A stretch of 36,878 nt of DNA from a virus (taxonomy: Duplodnaviria; Caudoviricetes). Position numbers and translations under genes: made by a program. Shown here in pieces: positions 18,750 to 26,902 of the stretch. Within the stretch, counting starts at the first letter, position 1; every line of letters starts with the position of its first letter. The notes below the pieces were generated by a model. That model was not told where the DNA came from. It did no database searches and saw only the letters and a program-made list of their open reading frames with translations. The DNA is taken from IMG/VR virus record IMGVR_UViG_3300014656_001149, positions 1 through 36,878 of that record; one strand, written 5' to 3'.

Positions 18750-19579
18750 TTATTTCAAGGACTCCGCTACGCATATCGTTTCTAGGCGGAGGAAGCGATT
18801 ATTTCCAGTGGTATAACGAGCACGAGGGAGCGGTTCTAGCAGTCACAATAGATAAGTATTGCTATGTAATGCTTCATGATGGCAAGTCGTGGAAGACTTT
18901 TGATTTACCAACCGAGTCAGGGTTGGGTTCAAGTTCGGCTTATACTGTAGGTTTACTGAGGGCTTGCACTGACTTTGATAAGCTCACAATAGCTAGATTA
19001 TCGACTACATGGGAGCAGGATAAGATGGGTGGCAATGTGGGGGCACAAGACCAGTATCTATGTGCTCTTGGTGGGTTTCACCTACTGAGGTTTAATCGGC
19101 ATTGTATCAGGGATACAGTTATTCAAGGAGAAAAACTACAGGATTATCTAATGTTATTTGACACACACCAATATAGACGAGCTAGTATGTTAATATCTTA
19201 TCAAATTGCTGATATGAAGAAACACAAGAAGCTCTATGTCCGGATGGTAGATATGGTAGATGATGGTTTACAGATTATAGGAAAAGGTAACTGGACTGAT
19301 TTTGGTTTATTGCTGGGTGAGTCGTGGCAATTAAAAAAACAGTTATCCAAATATATCACTACACCTACTATTGATAGTATTTATGACTCAGCAATAAATG
19401 CTGGAGCGATAGGGGGTAAGCTCTGTGGTGGTGGAGGTGGTGGGTTCATACTCTTTGTTGTAGAACCTGAGAAACAGAAAACAGTTAAAAAGACTCTTGG
19501 CGAATTAACTTATACGCCGTTTAAGTTCGAGAGTGAGGGGACTAAAATAATTTATGATAATAGTAAACCCAAACAGTAA
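18746..19579 (+). CDS. GHMP sugar kinase (HddA-like)
   Basis: TPLRISFLGGGSDY, LPTESGLGSSSA, GAQDQY, GGKLCGGGGGGF. Confidence 0.92.
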   Translation: MIISRTPLRISFLGGGSDYFQWYNEHEGAVLAVTIDKYCYVMLHDGKSWKTFDLPTESGLGSSSAYTVGLLRACTDFDKLTIARLSTTWEQDKMGGNVGAQDQYLCALGGFHLLRFNRHCIRDTVIQGEKLQDYLMLFDTHQYRRASMLISYQIADMKKHKKLYVRMVDMVDDGLQIIGKGNWTDFGLLLGESWQLKKQLSKYITTPTIDSIYDSAINAGAIGGKLCGGGGGGFILFVVEPEKQKTVKKTLGELTYTPFKFESEGTKIIYDNSKPKQ

Positions 19580-20672
19580 AGTACCTGGTAAGTTTTCAGC
19601 GATAGAGCCTCCTATATGGTGTGCCTATTTAGCTGCTGATGGTGATAGGATAGTTGATTTACAAGTTGAAAAAGCTATCACTATTAACAATGGTGAGGAC
19701 GTTCTTATTGTGGTTATGGGTAATAACCCTTCTGCCTCCTCTACCCCCAAGATGCTTGAAGTTCAAAAGTTATTACGACAAATACCAAACGCAAAGATAG
19801 CAGGTCTTCATCCTATAGCTACTGAAGAGGCAACTTATCCTATGCCAACACGAGAGGAACTCGTCAAGATAACACCACGTTGGGATTTAATTGACTTCTC
19901 TAAATACAAAGCACATAACTGGCATTGTCTGCACGACCTTGATAGCAGGGGGAATTATGGGGTGGTATATTCTAGTTTCGGGTGTCCGTTCAGTTGCTAC
20001 TTTTGTAACATACACACACTATATAGTGGAATAACTTTCAGGAAACCACAAGATGTAATAGATGAGATAGGTTATCTAGTTTCAAAGGGTGTAAAGAATC
20101 TGAAGTTTTGTGATGAGTTATTTGCCTTGAACAAACAGCACGTTTTTGATATATGCGATGGGATTAAGGATTTCAATTTGAATATATGGGCTTATGCAAG
20201 GGCGGATACAATAACGTCAGAGTTGCTTAAAAAGATGAAGGGGGCTGGTTTTAATTGGTTAGCCTATGGCTTTGATGGAGGGGATAAGGGCAATCCCTCT
20301 GAAGCCGTGAAGATGACAAGAGAAGCTGGTATAAATGTTATGGGTAACTTTATGTTTGGTCTGCCCGGTGACGATATGAAGAGGACGTTTGCTATGGCTG
20401 TAGACCTTCAGTGTGAGTTTGTCAATTTCTATGTTGCTTTACCATATCCAGGTAGTGAATGGTATGAAAGTCTAAAGGATAAGTCTACTGACTGGTCTAG
20501 TTTCAATCAGTATTCTCCTAATATCTGTGCTGACTATGAAGTAGTAAAATTCAGGGATGAGGCGTATTTAAGATATATTACACGTCCTGAATATCTTAAA
20601 ATGATTAGGGAGAAATTCGGGGATAAAGCAAAGGCTCATATCTTGGAAATGGCAGAGTGGAGGTTCAGGTGA
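19554..20672 (+). CDS. Class B-like radical SAM enzyme with a reduced N-terminal B12-domain region
   Basis: EPPIWCAYLAA, SFGCPFSCYFC, FCDELF, WAYARAD, GNFMFGLPGD, PYPGS. Confidence 0.88.
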   Translation: MIIVNPNSKVPGKFSAIEPPIWCAYLAADGDRIVDLQVEKAITINNGEDVLIVVMGNNPSASSTPKMLEVQKLLRQIPNAKIAGLHPIATEEATYPMPTREELVKITPRWDLIDFSKYKAHNWHCLHDLDSRGNYGVVYSSFGCPFSCYFCNIHTLYSGITFRKPQDVIDEIGYLVSKGVKNLKFCDELFALNKQHVFDICDGIKDFNLNIWAYARADTITSELLKKMKGAGFNWLAYGFDGGDKGNPSEAVKMTREAGINVMGNFMFGLPGDDMKRTFAMAVDLQCEFVNFYVALPYPGSEWYESLKDKSTDWSSFNQYSPNICADYEVVKFRDEAYLRYITRPEYLKMIREKFGDKAKAHILEMAEWRFR

Positions 20673-20869
20673 TAGCCTCAGATGGCTCGTTGAGATGTGA
20701 CGGATGCGGGAAAAAGCTGGCTCTCCGTCTGGAGGGTGAACTAGAAATATATTGTCCTCGTTGTCATTATTACCAGACGATTAAAGCTTCTACTGCTCAG
20801 GTTACAAGCCATTTGACAAACTCAGGAAATAGTGCTTATAATATAAACAGTACTTTAATAAATAAATAA
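20657..20869 (+). CDS. Mu Com-like zinc-ribbon protein
   Basis: LRCDGCGKKLA...LEIYCPRC matches the Com-family pattern. Confidence 0.7.
   Translation: MEVQVIASDGSLRCDGCGKKLALRLEGELEIYCPRCHYYQTIKASTAQVTSHLTNSGNSAYNINSTLINK
20813..20842 (+). promoter_or_regulatory. Consensus sigma70 promoter for the head operon
   Basis: TTGACA-N18-TATAAT inside the 3' end of the Com-like ORF. Confidence 0.75.
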
Positions 20870-20883
20870 ATAGTGCTCGGAGT

Positions 20884-20925
20884 AGCCCGTTTTATGTGAC
20901 CCAGTGTCCGTAAAGCGGGCTTTTT
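20884..20925 (+). terminator. Terminator/attenuator-like hairpin in the scaffold leader
   Basis: 13-bp stem AGCCCGTTTTATG/CGTAAAGCGGGCT (two G-U pairs) followed by TTTTATTT, just before AAGGAGG. Confidence 0.65.
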
Positions 20926-20944
20926 ATTTCTAAGGAGGTAAACA

Positions 20945-21571
20945 ATGGACGGACTTGAGAAACAACAGGACGGAGAAACTTCTGTTGTGACACAGGAAAC
21001 TTCGGAGGTAATCAAGGCTGCTGAAAACAAGGCAAGGAGCGATGCTCTGGCTGATGCTAACAGGTCTTTAGCTGAAGCAAAAATGCATCGCACGGCAGGC
21101 GAGGCAGCCGAGAAAAGAGTAACACAGATGCTCAAGGACTATGAGGAGGACATCAGAGATGACCCTGATAAGCTAACTGCTTTCAGGGCACGGCTGGCAA
21201 AAGCTACGGCTGATGCTGAACTCGCCAGGACGGTACAGGAACTGGATGGAGCCAACGAGAGGTTAAGACAGATAGACGAGGAGAAGGCACAATTCACAAG
21301 GGAGCAAAGGTCTCGTGAGATAGCCACTCGTCTTGGAGTTGACCCTAAGAAACTAATTAAGTTGGCAAAGTTCACGGATGGCACATCTGAAGCGATAGAG
21401 GATATAGCCAAAGACTTAGTAAATCCTTCTGAATCCCTGAACCCTGACTCTAACAGGGCAACAGGGGGTAATCAGTCTGAAAAGCAAATCAGGGAGGCTT
21501 ATAGGAATAATCCCGATAACTCTACCGCTAAAGCCGACTACTTGGCATGGAGGCGGTCAAAGGGAATCTAA
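20945..21571 (+). CDS. Capsid scaffolding protein (putative)
   Basis: Charged coiled coil directly upstream of the capsid gene; AAGGAGG RBS. Confidence 0.75.
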   Translation: MDGLEKQQDGETSVVTQETSEVIKAAENKARSDALADANRSLAEAKMHRTAGEAAEKRVTQMLKDYEEDIRDDPDKLTAFRARLAKATADAELARTVQELDGANERLRQIDEEKAQFTREQRSREIATRLGVDPKKLIKLAKFTDGTSEAIEDIAKDLVNPSESLNPDSNRATGGNQSEKQIREAYRNNPDNSTAKADYLAWRRSKGI

Positions 21572-21585
21572 TAAGGAGGAAATAA

Positions 21586-22476
21586 ATGGCGACAACTACG
21601 GGTGAACTTGGCGACACTATTCCTACGATTATTGAGGAGGCTCAATTCACCCAGCAGTTTAAGGCGGTAATGAGACCGCTAGTATGGAATATACCGAAGG
21701 GCAAAGGCTCAACGGTTAATGTGCCATATTTTGGAGAGGTCGTTTCTCGTCAACTAACTGAAGGCATAGATATGGTTAATGATGAGAAGATGACCGATAC
21801 CAATGTCCAGGTCACGCCTTATGAGGCAGGTCTTAAAATCATTCTTACAGATGTGGTTATTGAGGATGACAATGAGGCTTTAATCAGGGCTGCTGGCAAT
21901 CTGCTGGGTGACGCATACGAGAAGAAACGAGACATAGACCTGTTGGAACGATTGGATCAAGGTGCTACTAGCCTGTGCGGCTCAGGAAATGCTCTAGCGA
22001 TGGGGCATATTGCTGCTGCGAGGGCTATTCTGGCAGGAGGTACTACTGCTCCAGGGCCGGCTCCAATGCCGTATGTCTGCGTAATTCATCCATTCCAAGA
22101 GTTGGACATTGTGGATGTGTTGACGCCGATTATGCCTCAGTTGGTTACTTCTGGCACAGCGCAGGGTAATCAGGCAATGCCAGGTACTATGACTGAAGAT
22201 GTCATCAGAAACTACTCTATTGGCAGGCTTTTTGGAATGCCTGTCATTACTGATGGCAACCTTGCTCTGACAGCGGTATCGGCTAAAGGGGGCGTATTCG
22301 CTTCTGGGCAGCGTGGAGGTATCATCTACGTATCAGCCAGAGAGCCATCAGTCAGACCTACAAGAGACGAATCTCTCAGGGGTTGGGAGCTAGTCTATGC
22401 AGGGCGATATGGTGTAGGTAACTACGCTCCTAGCTGGACTGTGGAAATATGGGCAGATGCAACTACTCCTGCTTAA
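21586..22476 (+). CDS. Major capsid protein (HK97 fold)
   Basis: 296 aa after the scaffold; GSTVNVPYFG, IGRLFGMPVI, RDESLRGWELV. Confidence 0.85.
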   Translation: MATTTGELGDTIPTIIEEAQFTQQFKAVMRPLVWNIPKGKGSTVNVPYFGEVVSRQLTEGIDMVNDEKMTDTNVQVTPYEAGLKIILTDVVIEDDNEALIRAAGNLLGDAYEKKRDIDLLERLDQGATSLCGSGNALAMGHIAAARAILAGGTTAPGPAPMPYVCVIHPFQELDIVDVLTPIMPQLVTSGTAQGNQAMPGTMTEDVIRNYSIGRLFGMPVITDGNLALTAVSAKGGVFASGQRGGIIYVSAREPSVRPTRDESLRGWELVYAGRYGVGNYAPSWTVEIWADATTPA

Positions 22477-22561
22477 AGGTAAGTAGGAAAAAAGAAAAAA
22501 GAGTTTGGGAGAAGGACAGTTCTCTTTAGAAAAACTGAAATCAAACTAAATAGGAGGTAAT

Positions 22562-23374
22562 ATGAGTTACCCAAATGTAGTCTACGGAGATTACGGAGAC
22601 GAAAAAATCACTTCAGCTTCAGGCACAGCTGCTGTACGGATAGGTGGGCTGCCACTAGGAACGCCAATGGTACTTCCTGATGGACGTGAGTATGTTCACG
22701 CTTATACGCAAGCCAACTCAGTGAGAGTAGGCAGGCTTGCTGTGCAGAAAGCGGTTGCTGGCACATCAATCAATATAGCGGTTGCTGGCACAACGGCTGA
22801 TACCATTGGGTCAACGGATGTTCGTCTTACTATGCCTGCTACTACACTTGTTACAATAGCAGACCAGTATGCAGAGGGGTATCTGTGTATTGATAACAAT
22901 ACTGGTGAGGGATACACCTATAAAATCAAGGCAAGTAACACGATTGCTGCTGCTGGTACAGCTACCTTTACTCTCTATCCAAACGACCCAATCAAGGTAG
23001 CTCTTGCGAATGGTACGACAACGTGTACCATAAGAGAGAACGAGTTTTATGCTGTCATAGAAAGGGCAGCAGGTACTACTGCGGTGGGTATTCCTGCAGG
23101 TGTTCCGAATGTTTCGGTAGCTGCTAGTACGTACTGCTGGCTACAGAGAAAAGGGCCTGCTACACTTCTGGCTGGTGGGACTCTTATGACTAGAGGAGAG
23201 CCATTTGCTGCTTGTACTGTAGAGGCTAGTTTCCAAGCATGGAGACCTTGCACTGCATCTGGTACTACTGATGCTGATACTATACTTTCGCCTGTTCATC
23301 AGCAACTCGGTTATACGATGGTAGCTCCTGCAGCGTCTACGGACTACTTCATAGGTTACTTACAGCTAATCTAA
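22562..23374 (+). CDS. Capsid decoration / minor structural protein (putative)
   Basis: Follows the capsid gene; DGREYVH and YCWLQRKG motifs; Thr/Ala-rich. Confidence 0.65.
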   Translation: MSYPNVVYGDYGDEKITSASGTAAVRIGGLPLGTPMVLPDGREYVHAYTQANSVRVGRLAVQKAVAGTSINIAVAGTTADTIGSTDVRLTMPATTLVTIADQYAEGYLCIDNNTGEGYTYKIKASNTIAAAGTATFTLYPNDPIKVALANGTTTCTIRENEFYAVIERAAGTTAVGIPAGVPNVSVAASTYCWLQRKGPATLLAGGTLMTRGEPFAACTVEASFQAWRPCTASGTTDADTILSPVHQQLGYTMVAPAASTDYFIGYLQLI

Positions 23375-23378
23375 ATCA

Positions 23379-23402
23379 AAGGCAGGCGACTCCGTCTGCC
23401 TT
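23379..23402 (+). terminator. Hairpin after the capsid operon (weak terminator or mRNA stabiliser)
   Basis: AAGGCAGGCG-ACTC-CGTCTGCCTT 10-bp stem; poor U tract. Confidence 0.55.
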
Positions 23403-23423
23403 AATAATAAAAAGGAGTAGTAA

Positions 23424-24557
23424 ATGGAACAAGATAAAGGTGCTGCTCCACAAAGGGCAGCACCTATCCCGATAGATATAATCTTACCTGTTCATGGGAA
23501 GCCAGAGGTAACTGTAAAGGCAGTAAAGTTTATCTATGCCTACACGCAGTCCCCTTTTCATCTTATCGTTTTAGATGACACAGATGCAGCCATAGAGCAG
23601 GGTTCATTACATCCTGTTGACTCTGCTGAAGTAACATCCCCTTATTTTGAAAGATTGGCTAAACAGCGTAACAATGTTACCTATCACAATCATCCAAGAC
23701 CATGGAAAGAAGGTAATGAGTTTTTTAACGTTGGTCTAAAATACTGCAAGCATGATTATGTAGCCACGATAATGAACAGTGTCACTGTACAGCCTGACTG
23801 GGAAGTTCATGCTTTGAAAATGTTTGAGCAAGACCCTCAATTAGGTATCGTTGGCTTTAAGTGTATCTTCCCTTCGGGGAATATAGAAAGTGCGGGAATA
23901 GTTTTTAACGGTTGTATGCCATGCGACTATGGTAGAGACGCACCCAGTTACTATTTTACCGATGATATAGAGATGCCTGCGGTTCAGTGGGCATTTGCCT
24001 TACATCGTAAGAAGGCACTCATGGGGAACCTGGAAGAAGGTGTTTTTCATGGTCATGTTGGGTGGGACGATATAGATAATTGCATGGCTGTAAAGAGCAA
24101 AGGCTGGAAGGTATATTACTGTGGACATGGAGTAGGTATTCACATGCCAAGAGCTACAAGGGGGTCAAATGATTTAGAAGTAACCTTAATGAACAAGGAG
24201 AACGCTCATACTTTTTACAAAAGATGGGGATTTTGGGAAAAATATCAGGAGGGAAATAAATTGGATGTAAGCTACAAGCTAAAGCCAGAGATTAAGGACA
24301 AGTTAAGAGGGGCTGTTTTGGAGTACCAGGTGCTTCAGGTATTGCTAAAAGAAAGGCAAGACATGATGACAGCGTTGACAGGGAATGCTCTGGATGAATT
24401 GGGCGTATCAAAAGATGAGTATTATCTTGAGATGAACCCACAACAGAATATATGGGACTTGAAGTTCCTACCAGGAAAGGGGGGTAATGGGAAAGGTGAA
24501 AACTCGGATGTCCCTCCCCTAAATAGGGCAGAGAAGAGAAGGAAAGTAAAGGCATAA
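23424..24557 (+). CDS. Family 2 glycosyltransferase with C-terminal extension
   Basis: IDIILPVHG, HLIVLDD, FNVGLK, LGIVG, WDDIDNC..KGWKVYY. Confidence 0.85.
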   Translation: MEQDKGAAPQRAAPIPIDIILPVHGKPEVTVKAVKFIYAYTQSPFHLIVLDDTDAAIEQGSLHPVDSAEVTSPYFERLAKQRNNVTYHNHPRPWKEGNEFFNVGLKYCKHDYVATIMNSVTVQPDWEVHALKMFEQDPQLGIVGFKCIFPSGNIESAGIVFNGCMPCDYGRDAPSYYFTDDIEMPAVQWAFALHRKKALMGNLEEGVFHGHVGWDDIDNCMAVKSKGWKVYYCGHGVGIHMPRATRGSNDLEVTLMNKENAHTFYKRWGFWEKYQEGNKLDVSYKLKPEIKDKLRGAVLEYQVLQVLLKERQDMMTALTGNALDELGVSKDEYYLEMNPQQNIWDLKFLPGKGGNGKGENSDVPPLNRAEKRRKVKA

Positions 24558-24946
24558 TGGTAATGACATCAGATGAACCTCGTATAACTGGGAGTATAGG
24601 TGGGCAACCCAAAAGCACGTATTGGACTCCTGATGGGAGAGTAATCAGGGCTATGCCTGATATACACGAATACTTATATAAGGGAGAAAACGGTCTTAGA
24701 GATGCTAACCTTGATAAAGGGTGGCTATTACAGAAACCATCTGAATTAAAACTGTATTGCCCTCATTGCGATTATTGGCACGATACGGAGGGTGAGATTA
24801 AGGGTTGTAAGTTAAAACATACTGCACTTATAGCAAAGCACACAAAGAAGGCAAAGAAGGAACTTGGGGGTCTTGATAGAATAGATAAACTTGAAAAGGA
24901 TATGGGCGAAATCAAAGACCTATTAAAGAAACTACTAGAGAGGTGA
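24557..24946 (+). CDS. Hypothetical phage protein
   Basis: TAATG coupling; CPHCDYWH motif; C-terminal coiled coil. Confidence 0.7.
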   Translation: MVMTSDEPRITGSIGGQPKSTYWTPDGRVIRAMPDIHEYLYKGENGLRDANLDKGWLLQKPSELKLYCPHCDYWHDTEGEIKGCKLKHTALIAKHTKKAKKELGGLDRIDKLEKDMGEIKDLLKKLLER

Positions 24947-24949
24947 ATT

Positions 24950-25231
24950 ATGGGGAAATTGGATTTAGTTTATTGTGATAGGAGGGACAACCATCCACCA
25001 TCACATAGACCTTTCTGGCGGTGGATGATTTGCAATAAGCAAGCACAATCATTTTTAGAGGAAATGTTACCTTTCTTAAAACTCAAAAAGGCGGAGGCTG
25101 AAATAGCAATTAAATGGCAATCTGAGAAAAAAAGGGGTGGATTATCGCCAGAAGAAAGGGAAAAAATAAGGGCAGTCGCCGAAGCACAGAGAGTAGTTCT
25201 ATCTGGGCTAAAAAGGCAGGAGGTGAGTTAA
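24950..25231 (+). pseudogene. Remnant (C-terminal half) of a LAGLIDADG-type homing endonuclease
   Basis: WRWMICNKQAQSFLEEMLPFLKLKKAEAEIAIKWQ resembles C-terminal halves of phage LAGLIDADG enzymes; the catalytic helix is absent. Confidence 0.65.
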
Positions 25232-25232
25232 A

Positions 25233-25427
25233 ATCGGAAGGTTCTTTAATGAAAAAATTATGGGTTTAAAACGCATACCCGGTTCCAAGACTATGGAGCA
25301 GATGAGGAAGGATTATAACGCTGAGGTTACTCTCGATTTAGAGATAGCAGAAGAGTTGGCGACTATAGAAGAAGACGAACCAGAAGAAGAATTATTCAAG
25401 GTGAAGAAAGATGGGCGCAAAGAATAA
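25233..25427 (+). CDS. Small acidic protein (64 aa) with probable ATC start (alternative ATG at 25260)
   Basis: AGGAGGTG RBS correctly spaced to ATC GGA AGG TTC; frame open to TAA 25427, overlapping the next gene. Confidence 0.55.
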   Translation: MGRFFNEKIMGLKRIPGSKTMEQMRKDYNAEVTLDLEIAEELATIEEDEPEEELFKVKKDGRKE

Positions 25428-25716
25428 TATAGATTTTGCTACTCTTACAGCATCTTCTACGTTAGCCGTAGGGCTTGATTCTGCATCTCCCGCCCTCTCT
25501 GCTGGTGCTACTGTACACGAAGCGTTCTTTACCTTTGAAGGAGCACAGGCTCGGTGGAGGGCTGATGGAACGGCGCCTACTACTTCAGAAGGGCATCTAA
25601 TGTTTATAGGAGATGATTTGGACTTTACTGACGGTAACTGGCGGTCGGTATTGGGTAAGATAAAGTTTATTGCCGTGTCAGGTACAGCGAAGATAAAGAT
25701 TTCTTATTTAGACTAA
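25411..25716 (+). CDS. Small beta-rich virion protein (putative)
   Basis: RWRADGTAPTTSEGHL motif typical of small phage structural proteins. Confidence 0.65.
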   Translation: MGAKNNIDFATLTASSTLAVGLDSASPALSAGATVHEAFFTFEGAQARWRADGTAPTTSEGHLMFIGDDLDFTDGNWRSVLGKIKFIAVSGTAKIKISYLD

Positions 25717-25973
25717 TGCTAACAGAAGAAGGATTACGCAAGTTTTACATTAAGAGGGGTTTTAACTTCGGCAAGATAAGTATAGTGGATGATGCTTACT
25801 TTGTTGAGATAAGTGATTGGAAGAAAGCAACCGAGATATACTCCACACTAGAAGCAGCAGGGGAAACTGTGGTTGTGTTTCTCCCATTGAAAATGAGTTT
25901 CTTAAAGAGGATTAAGAGAGCGTTTAGAAAATGGCTAAGAGGAGTGCTTGAAGGATGTCTCCGCAGATTATAA
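25716..25973 (+). CDS. Hypothetical protein
   Basis: TAATG coupling; overlaps the next gene. Confidence 0.6.
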   Translation: MLTEEGLRKFYIKRGFNFGKISIVDDAYFVEISDWKKATEIYSTLEAAGETVVVFLPLKMSFLKRIKRAFRKWLRGVLEGCLRRL

Positions 25974-26902
25974 GAAGGGGAAAAGTCCCAACAATTCTGG
26001 ATGAGGCTGTCTCCGTTGGTACTCGTGGGGTAATAAACTTCACTGGGGCTGGGGTAGCTGCTACAGACGACCCTGCCAATAATAGGATTAACGTTACGAT
26101 TGCTGGTGGTGGCACAGGGGACTTAAAGGCAGACGGCACAGTACCCCTGACAGCTAATTGGGATGTGGGGGCATACAAGATTACTGCAAATCAACTAGAG
26201 TCTGATGTTGCTCAAGGGACTGCACCTATAGTTGTTGCCTCAAGCACAGAAGTTTCCAATCTCAATGTCGGTCAACTAGGTGGAGTTGCTGCTGCTGCTT
26301 ATGCAACTACAGCTGCTGCGACAGTCCTGATTACAACACACGCTGGTTCTACGGCTGCCCACATCGGAGGTGCAGGGACAGTAGCCAGTGTCGCAGCAGC
26401 TACTGCTTTAATTACCACTCATGCTGGTTCTGCTGACCCACATAGTGTTTATCTACTCAAACAGATGGCTGAAAATGACCCACTATTACTTGATGAAGTA
26501 TTAAGTGCCGATGGTAAATACTCTGGGATATGTGAAGGTGGATTATCGGGAACAGCTTTAGCCTTTGGTGATGTAGCTTATCTAGCTGCTGCCTCTACTA
26601 GGTGGAACTTGGCGGTGGCATCGTCAGCTACTACCTCCAGGGGAAAACTTGGAGTATGTGTCTTAGCAGCAACGGCAGCAGCTACCACTACTATGTTGCT
26701 CTGGGGAAAGGTAAGGGCAGATGCCAAGTTCCCAGCATTACCGATAGGAGAGCCGATATATCTAAGTGCAGGAACGGCTGGTGTGGTAACTGGGACTGTT
26801 GTTTCAGGAACAACGGACTATGTGGTTAGGATTGTGGGTTATGGTAATACAGGGGACTCTCTTTACTTCAAGCCTGATAATACCTATTTGGAGTTAGTAT
26901 GA
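25955..26902 (+). CDS. Tail fibre/spike-like structural protein
   Basis: INFTGAGV, DGTVPLTANWDVG, internal LITTHAGS repeat, C-terminal YLSAGTAG...VRIVGY module. Confidence 0.7.
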   Translation: MSPQIIRRGKVPTILDEAVSVGTRGVINFTGAGVAATDDPANNRINVTIAGGGTGDLKADGTVPLTANWDVGAYKITANQLESDVAQGTAPIVVASSTEVSNLNVGQLGGVAAAAYATTAAATVLITTHAGSTAAHIGGAGTVASVAAATALITTHAGSADPHSVYLLKQMAENDPLLLDEVLSADGKYSGICEGGLSGTALAFGDVAYLAAASTRWNLAVASSATTSRGKLGVCVLAATAAATTTMLLWGKVRADAKFPALPIGEPIYLSAGTAGVVTGTVVSGTTDYVVRIVGYGNTGDSLYFKPDNTYLELV

